The notes beneath the pieces are model-generated. The model was given only the letters and a program-made list of their open reading frames with translations. It had not been told where the DNA came from and did no database searches. A program made the position numbers and the translations under genes. Positions 25,288 to 36,735 of a DNA stretch of 64,000 bases are shown here, one piece after another. The stretch comes from Rhizodiscina lignyota. Taxonomy: Eukaryota. The DNA lies in assembly GCA_010015805.1 (NCBI GenBank), contig ML978122.1:3196453-3260452 (forward strand), given 5' to 3'. Within the stretch, counting starts at the first letter, position 1, and every line of letters starts with the position of its first letter.

Positions 25288-26666
25288 GATGCAAGGGAAA
25301 TAGAAGTAGAAAGAGTATGGGAATTTGATTAACAGATGGGCATTTTGGGCGTTAAACTCGAAAATAGATGGGATAGAAAGAGATGGATTCCAAAATATCA
25401 GAGATCATAGATCGATCTAGACCATACCTTAGACAGGTTTCTTTTTGTTATGTGGCAGGCACAAGACGAGGCGATGGCGTTGGAAAATGCTTTACTTTCG
25501 GCATATGGGTGGATTAACACAGGGCATTTCTTATGCTGACCAGCTTTCAGCTATTTCCATGTTTATGGATCTCGAAGGAGGTGTATCTCTTCTTGAATCG
25601 GATTGAGATATCGGTGTGATGGGTGAAGAAGCCTCCTCATTGGTACTTCTGACTTGGGAACGATCTTCAAAATGATGTATGGGAGTGTGGGCCAGACTTT
25701 TAAACTCGATCGATTTTCTCATGCCTCATGATGTATGTAGTCTGGGTAGCGGTAATGCAATGGACTGCGGTCATTGGCCTGGCCTTTTACTTGCGCGAAC
25801 CTTTACGGAGGCTTATATGTTCTTTAGATCGGCCGAGAGTTATCAGCAAACTCGGAGCTGTAGTCTCCAATCATGCGCTCAGCACAAACAATATGCTTTG
25901 TTGTATCTGCTCGGCTTAGACTCAAATAGTCTTGACATTATGACTATTCTTCAATTCTCGTTTCAGCTGCCCGGATACAGCCTCATAACTTCGTCGTCGG
26001 AGTCACCCTCCTCTCCTCAAAAATATAGCCCTGAGCAACGGGATTGTACATGGCCCCTCGTCCTCCTGTGTCCAGTATTGGGAACGGCGGTTTTCTCAGC
26101 CGCTCGGTGAAGAAGACTGGATGTCTGGTCGCGCTGTTGTACGACGCCATATCTGCGCACATCCGCATCTGCTCAGCGTGCAGGGGTGTTTGCGGAGCAG
26201 ACAGCATGCGGGGCGTGAGGATGCCGAACGACGGATGCGAGCTTAACGGGGGATATGGAGGCATTGCTTCTATCTGAGAGCTTGGGCGAGCTGCGGAGGC
26301 GGATTGACGAGCCTCAAGGTGTCGAATCTGCTGCTGACCAAGTGCGTGGTGGTCCGAATGCTGTGCGGAAGGGGGAGGGGGTATCTGGGGTGAACAGAGT
26401 CAGTGCTGGCGGGTATGCGGCATTGCGGGTGAGAGTTTGAGTCACCTTTGGCCGCGAGGGCTGGAGTGAAGGAAACATTATAAGCGGCAGCTTCTACAGG
26501 GCGGAGAAGAAGGAGAAGTCATTGTTCAAGAGCTTTCTCCGCAACGATCGGAGAGTGGAGCGAGTGGTGCTTGAGGTGGGCAACAGCCGCCTCGGTTGAA
26601 CGCGGCGCGGAACGTCATCGTCGCGTGCTCCACCACCTTTTTTTCTGTATACACAACAGCTCAGCA

Positions 26667-28955
26667 ATGCGCCGCCCGCCCACGCGCCTCTTCCACTCCT
26701 CCATCCGGCGCAATGCCGCTCAGGAGACATCCCAATTGGCCAAGCCGCCGCTGATCCAGATCAAAGACGGGACGTTCTATCGACACCATCCAAACTCGCT
26801 CCCTCCCGCAGGCCACGATGCTCCTCCGAACCCGGCGCTGTTCCCCAACCTCACCTTCACCCTCCCCTCCTTCTCCTCGCCCACACAGCACTGGTCCATC
26901 CTGAGCGCCTCGTCGTCAGCACGCACCACCTTCCTCCAAGCCCTGCGCGGCCAGCACCTCTGCTTCCCGCCAACAGCGCGCTCATACCCATACCTGTCCA
27001 CCCCTGAAATCGGCACCAAAGACTCGCGCCTGCGTTTCCCCGCTCACGCAATTCAATATGTCGGCTTCGATGCTGAGCGCAGTGGCCTCGGCGGAACGAG
27101 CATACGTGGCGCGTATTTGGCGAGCCGGTACGAGAGCAGGCACGAGGTGGACGATTGGACGGTGATGCAGTATTTGAAGGGCGAGACGGAGCTGAACGCT
27201 CCGGAGCAGGAAGAGCTGTTGCACCGGCCGAGGGGGGAGCTGCTAGAGAGAGTGATTGGTGACTTGAGGCTGGAGAAGTTGGTGGACATGCCAGTGGGGA
27301 ATTTGAGCAATGGACAGACGAGGAGGGCGAGGATCGCAAAGGCGCTGTTGGGAGCGCCGGAAGTGCTACTGTTGGACGGGCCTTTTATGGGCCTTGACCC
27401 TCCAACGTTGCGGCATCTCTCCTCCCTCCTGCACCAGCTCGCCGAAGCACAAGCGCCCCGTCTCATCCTCTCTCTCAAGCCCGACGATGTCATCCCAGAC
27501 TGGACAACGCATCTCATGTTCCTCGATGCAAACTACAACACGGTGGCGCAAGGACCTCGAGCAGAAGTCTTCGAGCAGATATCAGACATGTACCATGATG
27601 TGATCTTCAAATCCCGAAACGCATTTCGACAACTGCAGCAGAAGTCCGAGCTGAACCCCTTATGGCTCTCTATCCGCGAGATTGGCCGCCATCTCAAGGA
27701 CAGAGGATACCTACCCGAGCCAGATATGAATTCACGCAAGTATAGACACGCATCAAACATCTCCACAGCCTCGGATTCGGATCCAGAGCAGCTCAGCAAG
27801 GACGGTTTCTCGATATTCGACACCGGCAACGCTCCAATCCTCGGCAATCCCGTCGTTGAAATGTCAGGCGTCCAGATCCGCTACGGCGACAAATGCGTCC
27901 TCGGCGACTGGCATACTCCCTCCCACTCGCCTGGCTTGCACTGGACTGTCCGCCATGGCCAACGCTGGGGCATCTTCGGCCCCAACGGTTCCGGAAAGAC
28001 TACGCTCCTTTCCCTCCTCACATCCGACCACCCGCAATCCTACTCCATCCCTATGAAGCTCTTTGGCCGCTCGCGCCTCCCCCAGCGCGGCAAGCCCGGC
28101 CTCACGCTCTGGGACATCAGCGCACGCCTCGGCCACTCAAGTCCCGAGGTACACACTTTCTTCCCGCGCCACCTCACCCTACGCCGCGCGCTCGAAAGCG
28201 CGTGGGCCGACACGCCCCTGTCACCACCCAAGCTTACGCACGAAGCCGACCTCAAAGTCGATGCTGTGCTGCGCTGGTTCCAAGCCGAGCTCGCACCGCA
28301 ATTAGGGATGACGGCGCAGCAAAAGAACGAGATGCTACGCTTTGATGGGAGCCGCTTCGATGGGAGCGGGAACGATCCCTTCCGCTCGTACAAGAATGGC
28401 AGTCCGGAGTTACGACAGATCCGCAGGGATTTTGAGGACCAGGATATTCATGTCGGCATGGGGCTTGAGTGGGCGGAGGAGACGCGCTTCGGCGAGGTGC
28501 CGTTTAGTGCGCAGCGCGTACTGCTGTTCCTCAGAGCCATCATACGCAATCCTGAGCTCCTTATTCTCGACGAGGCGTTCAGCGGCATGGACGAGAGCGC
28601 GCGCGATCGCTGCCTGCTATTTCTAAGCTATGGCGAGCGAAAGACATACCGCTTCCTCGATCCGAACGCTTCTGCGGAGAGGGTCGGGATGTCAGCAATG
28701 CCGGCGGCGGGAGAGGCGAAGGTCGTGGACAGCGACATCAGCCGGCTGGATCGGGTGCGAGTGGAGGGACTGAAAAGCGATCAAGCGATACTAGTGGTGA
28801 GCCATAATCCGGCGGAGGTGCCTGGATGTGTGAGGGAGTGGATTTGCCTGCCGGAAGCTGGCATGGGAGAGGCGAGGTTTGGACGGTTAGAAGGGCCGTT
28901 GGGGGTTGGTGGCGTGGAAGGGGAAAAGCGGTGGAAGGGTATCTGGGGTGTATAG
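26667..28955 (+). CDS. Soluble ABC ATPase with two nucleotide-binding domains (ModF/YDR061W-like), probable mitochondrial presequence
   Basis: LSNGQTRRARIA signature, GPNGSGKTT Walker A, LLILDEAFSGMD Walker B; no TM segments; Arg/Ser-rich N-terminus MRRPPTRLFHSSIRR. Confidence 0.85.
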   Translation: MRRPPTRLFHSSIRRNAAQETSQLAKPPLIQIKDGTFYRHHPNSLPPAGHDAPPNPALFPNLTFTLPSFSSPTQHWSILSASSSARTTFLQALRGQHLCFPPTARSYPYLSTPEIGTKDSRLRFPAHAIQYVGFDAERSGLGGTSIRGAYLASRYESRHEVDDWTVMQYLKGETELNAPEQEELLHRPRGELLERVIGDLRLEKLVDMPVGNLSNGQTRRARIAKALLGAPEVLLLDGPFMGLDPPTLRHLSSLLHQLAEAQAPRLILSLKPDDVIPDWTTHLMFLDANYNTVAQGPRAEVFEQISDMYHDVIFKSRNAFRQLQQKSELNPLWLSIREIGRHLKDRGYLPEPDMNSRKYRHASNISTASDSDPEQLSKDGFSIFDTGNAPILGNPVVEMSGVQIRYGDKCVLGDWHTPSHSPGLHWTVRHGQRWGIFGPNGSGKTTLLSLLTSDHPQSYSIPMKLFGRSRLPQRGKPGLTLWDISARLGHSSPEVHTFFPRHLTLRRALESAWADTPLSPPKLTHEADLKVDAVLRWFQAELAPQLGMTAQQKNEMLRFDGSRFDGSGNDPFRSYKNGSPELRQIRRDFEDQDIHVGMGLEWAEETRFGEVPFSAQRVLLFLRAIIRNPELLILDEAFSGMDESARDRCLLFLSYGERKTYRFLDPNASAERVGMSAMPAAGEAKVVDSDISRLDRVRVEGLKSDQAILVVSHNPAEVPGCVREWICLPEAGMGEARFGRLEGPLGVGGVEGEKRWKGIWGV

Positions 28956-29232
28956 AAGATATAGACAGTGCCTTTCTGTATGGGAAAAGCTTTATCATAG
29001 AAAGGATAGTGGTCAGAGGCTTAGATTTTCACAAGTCCGCGCAAGGCATATGAGCGGACTCCGGTAATAATCAAATGAAACCTCCACACCAACGACACCG
29101 CGTAGAGCCTAGCCTCGAAGAATATGTATAGCTATCTCGAGTATCAAGTGTTCTTCCGACTTTCACCTACAGGCTAGGAGCCATGAAACCGTAAAACAGT
29201 ATGTGTTCACACATCTTGCTAATTAGGAACAA

Positions 29233-29352
29233 TAACCCTAACCTCAAAGTAGGGTTGGGAACCCTAGAGTAACAGTGCCGCTGGCTGAAATGATACTGCC
29301 TAGGGTTTAAGAACCCTAAGTAGCATTTTCGCGTGGCACGTTTCCTTATATA
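29233..29352 (+). promoter_or_regulatory. Cluster of five AACCCTA/TAGGGTT (telobox, Tbf1-type) motifs followed by TATATA
   Basis: Motifs at 29233-29241 (TAACCCTAA), 29250-29256, 29260-29266, 29301-29307 and 29312-29319 in alternating orientation; TATATA at 29347-29352. Confidence 0.55.
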
Positions 29353-29370
29353 CAATCATCTGGTTACGCA

Positions 29371-29535
29371 ACAAGCGATTGTGTCTTCCTGATGGCGAAT
29401 GCCACGCTGTCATCGTTCTGATTATTAAGTTTGTGCATCCAAAGAACTGTTCCTGCCTGTGGTTTCGCTTCGCCATCAGTGTGAAAGATATCTACGCACA
29501 ATCCTCCCGCAAGGGCCTTCGGCCGCGGCGCTTGT
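29371..29535 (+). ncRNA. Candidate structured non-coding RNA (three-way junction), family not identified
   Basis: Nested complementary segments: ACAAGCG/CGCTTGT, ATTGTG/CACAAT, TCTT/AAGA, CTGATGGCGAA/TTCGCCATCAG, CCAC/GTGG, GTTCT/AGAAC, plus hairpin CCGC-AAG-GGCC-TTC-GGCC-GCGG. Starts about 20 nt after a TATA box. Confidence 0.45.
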
Positions 29536-29743
29536 CCCCTATTTAGTATTTCACAATAGCATACCTCTGCATAGGCTGGAGCATTCGTCGAAGGTACTGC
29601 GGGCATGTGTGACTTAGAGCACAGCGTAGGCGTCGCCGCGGAATGCAAACCGCGCATAGACATAACATTCCAGAAGTTATCGAACCTCGTCGAAATGATA
29701 TATTGAGTGTGCATGAGATTCTTCGCGCAGATGTGCGATTGAG

Positions 29744-30536
29744 TCAAACGTCATCCGAGAAGTGCTGCTTGAACTTTTTGTTCACTCGATCTGGCGCCCG
29801 GTTCTTGAGACGATCTCCATGCAACTCAAATACTAGATGTGGCGGCACATCGTCCATCGCATCAACGCCTGTCTTCGTCTCGCTGAAAGGAACTTCGACT
29901 CGAAATATGGTGTGCTCCTTTGGTACGACTGTATGTATGACGTTAGCGCTCCAGTCCAAGATTGTGAGAGATGCACGAGGACATACACTTAATCTCGTTC
30001 TTCCTGGTGATGATCTCGAATGTAAACTTTGTATCTTTCACCACAATCCCTTTCAACCCGACTCTGCTCACACACTTGCTCCTCACAACTTCTACCTCCG
30101 CGCCATGGAAGTCTGCGCTTGCAAGCATCGGGCCCGCACTCGCAGCCGTGGCAAAGCTTCCTCTTCCATGTGCGCTCTTCAACTCGTCCGTCCTGCCGAT
30201 GCCCAGAATCTCTCTCATGTATCCAGCCCATATTCGATTCAAGCCCACATACAGCTCCCATCTCTTCTCCGAGTCTGGAATCTCGTACACGCTCAACTGC
30301 CTCTTCTGCTTCGCGCTCAATGGGCGTGGTTTATTACTGCGACGGCGGAGCTCTCGGCGTTTCTGGCGCTCATTCTGTCTCTGAGCGCGTGCGTCGATGA
30401 CGGAAGGTGGTGGTGAAGAAGGTCGGATGAGCAACGGCTTGGTGACGACTTTGTCTTGGAAGATGCGCGACGCAGTATCGGGAGAGTGGGCACGGGCGAG
30501 AAGGTCCTCTGCTATATGGAAGCGATTTCGATTCAT
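29744..30536 (-). CDS. POP4: RNase P/MRP protein subunit p29; exons 30536-29987, 29928-29744
   Basis: LNRIWAGYMREIL, LASADFHGAEVEVVRSKC..RVGLKGIVVKDTKFTF, VPKEHTIF, FELHG and RVNKKFK; intron 29986-29929 GTATGT...CTAAC...CAG. Confidence 0.93.
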
Positions 30537-30886
30537 TGCTGTGTTGTGGAATGATGGATGATGAATTTAAGCTAGTGGTCGAAGTTTTAGATTGTCGCGT
30601 GCGAACAGAGCTCGGATGCCATTACGCTACTCTCACCAGGGTTGAGGTGAGGGTCGCCGGCTTCGAGTTTACCGATAGCTCTTGAATAGTTCAATGAGGG
30701 AGAGAGTTTGATCGAGCATTGCGAGATTGGAGATGTGGCAGACAGTGCCATTGTAGTTTAAAGGTTTGGCTTGAAATCACTCGGAGATTGTACGGAGATT
30801 GGAGATCACTGAGGTGGTCAATGCCCAATGATCATTTCATCTCCTTCACGACAGCATCACACCATCAACTCGCAACATATTTCTTC

Positions 30887-31630
30887 ATGCGTTTTCTGCC
30901 CCAAAAAACATTCAGAAGTGCTGTTCGCGCAATGTCAACGACAACACCCGCCTCCGGCACAAAGGAGAAGCTCATTTTCGCTCCTGGCGGTCCCGCAGAG
31001 CAATTCAATATCGCATCGCTCGACATCCCTCAACTAGAGCGCAATCCTCTTGTTCAATTCAATGCCTGGTTCGCGGAAGCGCATTCCGCAGGCGTGTATC
31101 ATCCTGAGACCGTTAATTTTGCCACTGCCGAGCTTCCCTCTGGGAGGGTCTCAGCGCGCACGCTGTACATGAAAGAGCTCGATGAGCGTGGTTTTGTCAT
31201 GTACTCAAACTGGGACACGAGCAGGAAGGCTGCAGATCTCAATTCGAATCCGCAAGCGGCACTGACGTTCTTCTGGAGGGAGCTGGAGAGGCAGGTAAGG
31301 GTTGAAGGTCGCACGGAGAGGATTAGCCGCGAGGAGAGCCAGGTCTACTATGATACCAGGATCAGAGGAAGCAGGATTGGCGCATGGGCAAGTAGGCAGA
31401 GCGCGGTGCTGAAGGACAGGCAGGAATTAGAGGGAAGGGTCAAGGAAGTTGAGGAAAAGTTCGAAGGGCAAGACAAGTTTCCAGTTCCGGACTTTTGGGG
31501 TGGGGTGAGAGTGGTTCCAGACATGATTGAATTTTGGCAGGGCCGGCAGAGCAGATTGCATGATCGATTCCGATACGAAAAGGACGAAGGCGCAGAGGGA
31601 GGATGGAGGATAGAAAGATTGAGTCCCTGA
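30887..31630 (+). CDS. PDX3: Pyridoxamine 5'-phosphate oxidase (alternative start at 30932)
   Basis: QF.AWF, SAR.LYMKELD..GF, SRKA, FFWRELERQVRVEG, SRIGAWASRQS, EFWQG..SRLHDRF and WRIERLSP. Confidence 0.95.
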   Translation: MRFLPQKTFRSAVRAMSTTTPASGTKEKLIFAPGGPAEQFNIASLDIPQLERNPLVQFNAWFAEAHSAGVYHPETVNFATAELPSGRVSARTLYMKELDERGFVMYSNWDTSRKAADLNSNPQAALTFFWRELERQVRVEGRTERISREESQVYYDTRIRGSRIGAWASRQSAVLKDRQELEGRVKEVEEKFEGQDKFPVPDFWGGVRVVPDMIEFWQGRQSRLHDRFRYEKDEGAEGGWRIERLSP

Positions 31631-33172
31631 GGAGGATATTCGAGCGAAGCTAAGAAGAAAATTTGACCGATGGACTCTCTTCTCAAGTCATGTCCCGTGA
31701 TATCGCGTCCATTTCGCGATGACACATCGATTGTAGTCGAAGGGCGCGTTTGATACGAGGTGGCCGATAAGATGGAGGACGCACATTCGGTCGACGAGGA
31801 TTTCGTACTCGCGACAGCCAATCGGATACGCCCGCTGGCCATGGAAATGATTCCCTGACGTCGCGAAAATGCCTCGACGCGCTGCTCAAACTGCGGCAGT
31901 AATCTTGGAGAGTCGGACTGCTAGGCAAAATTGGAAGTGTTTTAGAGGCATTTGTCAGGGGCTGAAACTTTGAATATTCCTAATATGGAGAGTTTGTCTC
32001 GCCTATTCAGGTTGGTGCCGTTCCAATGCTAGCGCATGACCCGTTCGAGCATGCTTCTGTGCTGATTGTTACCTGATAACCACACGACAACCTGATATGG
32101 ATTTGAGAACGAATCCTAGAGCGTTGCCGTAATAAGCGCCTGCTTCCATAAGCTCCGTTCGCGCTTGGAGTTTCCAGCACTCTGGTGGCCTCTCAGTCTG
32201 ACTGCTGCACAAGTTCTCTACTCGGGTTCGGGTTTTGAATGCCTGGATTCCTAATCGAGCAGCCTCAGTGCCATCCCTTATGCAGTCAACAATGCCGGTG
32301 GCGTGCATCCGCGGAAGAGGCCAACAAGTCTCCCTGGTACGAGCGACGTGGGATTCGACGTCCACCGCGCCGGCACATCGTTTCCCCCTTTCCGATCATG
32401 CGAATTCTCCATGGCGCGACTCGGCGGCGGCCAAACGCGGAAGCATCTCACTCAACTCTCTGCCGTAAAGTGATGACAACGACTCGCATCCATCCCGGCG
32501 ACCGATCCATGCAAATTCGCCCTGACGACTTCTCAACTTGGATGGTGTCCCCCGCAAATGCTTCTCGAGCCTTGTCGCTTCCGTTTGGCGCGGACGAATG
32601 ATGGGCGGTGCCTGCAGACGGCGTGCTCTCCAATGCGCTATGTATGGATGTCGTGCTTCTGACTTGCATCAAACGCTGGAAAAACTCTTCTTGCCATGCA
32701 GCATCCTTCTCGCGAGTTTGCAGGAGCTTCTAGCTCTTTTTCGCCCGGCGGTTATGCCCTGGCCCGCTCGAAGCGCGAATAATGCTCGCGTTCCACAATA
32801 GATCCACTGTCAGATACGTCATGGACAGCGGCGGCTTGCGCCGTGCGGGTACCTCAGGCTTGACCAGACTCGCTGATCAGGCCGGGGCCTTGTTTGGCTG
32901 AGACGCGAAGAGCCGAAGAGGCAGTTTGTACGCGTCTTGTCGACTGGGATCGGGCGTATTATTAGTTATAGCCAGACAATGGTGTTCCTTGAGCCTATCC
33001 ACCTGATGCCGGATTGATTCGCTGAGAAACATCATCTTCTCGGCTCAATCGGTGGTATACATCATTAGCCTTTGGCATTTTCAGCGTCAGTCAACTCAGC
33101 GTCAAGTATATATCCTTCAATCATCTTAAGAATAAGCCGGAACACCCCGTGACGACAGCCTCAGTCCTCATC

Positions 33173-36119
33173 ATGACGGTCCAAGTCTTGCAGGACGGCG
33201 CCGTCCAGGTGCCAGAGAGCAAGATCCACAACAAGTCCGGTGGCCTGACACAACAGACCGCCGATGCAGGAACGAAAGCAACCGACATCATCGACATTCG
33301 CCGGGAGGTCGTTGGCATTTCCGTTCTCGATGAGTTGCGCCGGGGGCTTCGTGTTGCTCCTGGTGTTGAGAAACGACTTCCGACCCTTCTGCTCTACGAC
33401 GAGCCTGGTTTGCAACTTTTCGAAAAGATTACCTATCTCGACGAGTACTACCTGACTAATGAGGAAATCGGGCTTCTGGAGAAGTACTCAGATCGGATTG
33501 CGGAGCGAATTGCACCAGACTCGATTGTCGTCGAACTCGGAAGCGGGTATGGACCCGTGTTTCTGAGACATTCGACGCAGCCTTGCAGCCTGCAGCATAC
33601 TAATTAAATTGTAGCAACCTCCGAAAGGTCAACATTCTTCTGCAAGCCCTGGAAAGAGCGCAGAAGAGGGTTGTCTATTACGCTCTGGATCTCGACCGCG
33701 TGGAGCTGGAGCGTACGATAGCCGCAGTACCACGGGACTATCAATATGTGACAGTCAAGGGTCTCCACGGCACGTACGATGATGGAGCGGTGTGGCTGAC
33801 GTCTCCTCACGTTGCCAGTTACCCTAAGTGTATTCTCAGCCTGGGATCAAGCATTGGCAATTTTAGTCGCCAAGGTGGCGCGGACTTTGTTAAACAGTTT
33901 GCAGATATCCTCCAGACCGGGGATACTATGCTAATTGCGCTCGACGGTTGCAAAGAGCCAGAACGAGTTTATCATGCATACAATGACAGGGATGACGTGA
34001 CTCATCAGTTCATCCTTAACGGGCTCAAGCAGGCGAACCGTTTGCTGCAAACAGAAGCGTTCGACCTTCGCGTCTGGAGAGTCATCGGCGAATTCGACGC
34101 ATCTGCAGGCCGTCACCATGCATTTGTCAGTCCGACCGAAGATACTGTTATCGATGGAGTTTTCATCAAGCGCGATGAGCGCGTTCGTATCGAGGAGAGT
34201 TATAAATTCTCGCCGGAAGAGGTGGTGGCGCTGTTCCAGTACGCTTCGCTTGCCGAAGGTGCGCGTTGGATGAACGAACGCGGAGACTACGGTGCGTTTT
34301 AGGTCCCGTCCTGTTAAAAAAAACTAATCTCGTGTCGCGTGTATCATGTGACGTCAATCAGCCGTGGAACAATGTCATCGATTTTATATATTACGGGCCG
34401 ACCCTCAGAACATCTTCATCTACCACAACTAACTTTTACATCACAGGACTACACATGGCGTCTAAGCCGACAGTAACCTTCTCGCCAAAGGCCGGCGTAT
34501 ACGCGGCCCGACCCGTGCCCAGCTTGCAGGAGTTCGAGGAACTCTGGACGGCATGGGACATGATAACACAGCATATGATCCCGGAAGATCAGCTCCTGAC
34601 AAAGCCAATCAACCTCCGGAATGTCTGCCTTTTCTATCTGGGACATATCCCCACCTTTCTGGACATGCAGGTCACCAAAGCTGTCAATGGGGAGCCGACA
34701 GAGCCGAGCCACTACCCTAACATCTTCGAACGTGGCATCGACCCAGATGTGGACGATCCTACTCATATTCATGCGCACAGCGAAGTGCCGGACGAATGGC
34801 CTCCAAAGGAAGAGATCCTAGCATTCCAGGATCGCGTACGTGCCAGGATTCAGAAGCTGTACGAGACCGGGGCAGCATACAGCGATCGAAAGGTTGGGCG
34901 CGCGCTGTGGTTGGGCCTGGAGCATGAAGTTATGCATATCGAAACGCTTCTCTACATGCTAATCCAGAGCGAGAACATGCTTCCGCCAGATGGCGTCATC
35001 ACCCCAGATTTTGGCGCGATGGCAAAGACGGCCGCGACCCATGCGGTGCCCAACGAATGGGTTACAGTTCCCGAACGCGAGCTGACTGTCGGGTTGGAAG
35101 ACCCCGAGAGTGACGACGGCCCCGATCGTTACTTTGGTTGGGACAACGAGAAGCCTCCCAGGAAGGCTTACGTTGGTGCATTCCAAGCCAAGGCCAGGCC
35201 CATCACCAATGGAGAATTCGCTGAATATTTGGAGAAAAATCATCTCGATGCTATTCCGGCGTCCTGGACCACTTCAGCTGCGCTTCAGAATGGCCAGACC
35301 AATGGCATTAATGGAGTTACTAATGGAGTCAATGGGACTGGAGTCCAGGTTGGGGCTCCATCCAAAGCTTTCCTGAGGGGCAAAGCCGTCAAGACGGTCT
35401 TCGGGAACGTTCCTCTCGAATATGCTCTCTCTTGGCCAGTCCTGGCCTCGTACGACGAGCTTTCTGGCTGCGCCGACTGGATGGGCGGCCATATTCCTAC
35501 CGCAGATGAAGTGCGCAGCATCTATGCCTACGTCGAAGAGCTCAAGGAGAAGGATAACAAGCTGCTTGCTGTCAACATTCCAGCTGTCAACAGTCACCTC
35601 CTCAACGACGGTGTCGAAGAGACCCCACCACAAGGAGGTGCGGTAAAGCGCTCCTCCAACGGAGCCTCCCCCCCCTCGCCCGCTGACTTCTTCGTTGACC
35701 TCGACGGAGCAAACGTGGGCTTCAAGCACTGGCATCCAGTTCCAGTCACCCAGCACGGGCGAAAGCTCTGTGGACAAGGTGAACTGGGCGGTGCTTGGGA
35801 ATGGACGAGCACTGTGTTGGAGAAGCATGATGGGTTTGAGCCTATGAGGCTTTACCCTGCGTATACAGGTATGTTTCTGCCTGCAAATTGACGTTGCACG
35901 ACTAATGCAAAATCCACAGCGGACTTCTTTGATGGGAAGCACAACATCGTTTTGGGCGGCTCCTGGGCAACCCATCCCAGGGTTGCAGGTCGTAAGACTT
36001 TGTATATCCCCCTTTCCCGACTTCAACCTTACATACACTAATCTTTTTTCAGTGTCAACTGGTACCAGCACAACTATCCATATGTCTGGGCAGGTGCGCG
36101 CTTGGTCCGTGACGCCTAG
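33173..36119 (+). CDS. EGT1: Ergothioneine biosynthesis protein 1 (histidine methyltransferase fused to sulfoxide synthase); exons 33173-33546, 33615-34291, 34447-35868, 35920-36001, 36053-36119
   Basis: EgtD-like: LPTLLLYDE.GLQLFEKIT..EYYLT, ELGSGNLRK, LGSSIGNF. EgtB-like: KPINLRN.CLFYLGHIPTF, FERGIDPDVD, EHEVMHIE iron motif, FGWDNE, WEWT, DFFDGKHN..LGGSWATHPR, NWYQ. Four canonical introns keep the frame. Confidence 0.96.
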
Positions 36120-36735
36120 GCGTTCAATTATGGATATCGCATGGGGGCTTTGCGTGGAAGGATGGGTGGCACACTCCTTTTGGCAGCAATAATATGGACA
36201 GGAGCAAAGTCCCCTTGTGTAACCCTTCAGGAGGATACATCGGCGGCTGGCCTTTCAACGTTCTTTAAATGAATAATGAAACACTCCGTTCTTTGCTATT
36301 GAAAATGCCGATGTTCTGTTTTTCTATTGCCGCACAAGTTGTTGGGAGAATGATTCTGGCCAAGCCATGCTTAGGCACCTTTCGCCCTTGTTCATGCACC
36401 CCAGATTTCTACTCCAGTCGCGAGGTTCACGCCGATCAACAAGATCGAGTATTTCCCGAGCCGAAAAGTCGGCCTCGGCACGTGGTGAGTGGCGGAATAT
36501 CTCCGCATCCCCAGATTTACTCCTCTCTCAGAGCTCCAATTCCGCGATATCCTGGAGCGCCACTTCAACTTCGCAATCGTGTGACAGTCAAGTATAAAAG
36601 TTTCGGGAGAAAGTTTCGCAAGTGACGCATCTGATGGGTAGTGGTCTTCTTTCTCTAATATCGATTTCTTTATACAATTCCGTTCTCTTTGAACAATACT
36701 CTCATATGAATTAAGAATAGCGTATCCAAAGCACC

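Noticed and set aside
25531..26264. Minus-strand ORFs (MPPYPPLSS..., MRKSIEFK...) as a gene
   Set aside because: Could not be joined by credible introns and no family recognised.
29233..29243. TAACCCTAACC as telomerase RNA template or interstitial telomere
   Set aside because: It matches the filamentous-fungal template, but the intergenic gap is only about 790 bp while known Pezizomycotina telomerase RNAs are much longer. I saw no pseudoknot or clear P6.1, and the motifs alternate in orientation rather than forming a tandem array. Not fully excluded without a covariance search.
29389..29490. Hammerhead ribozyme (CTGATG...GAAA)
   Set aside because: The core reads CUGAUGG rather than CUGANGA, and that segment is fully paired with CCATCAG.
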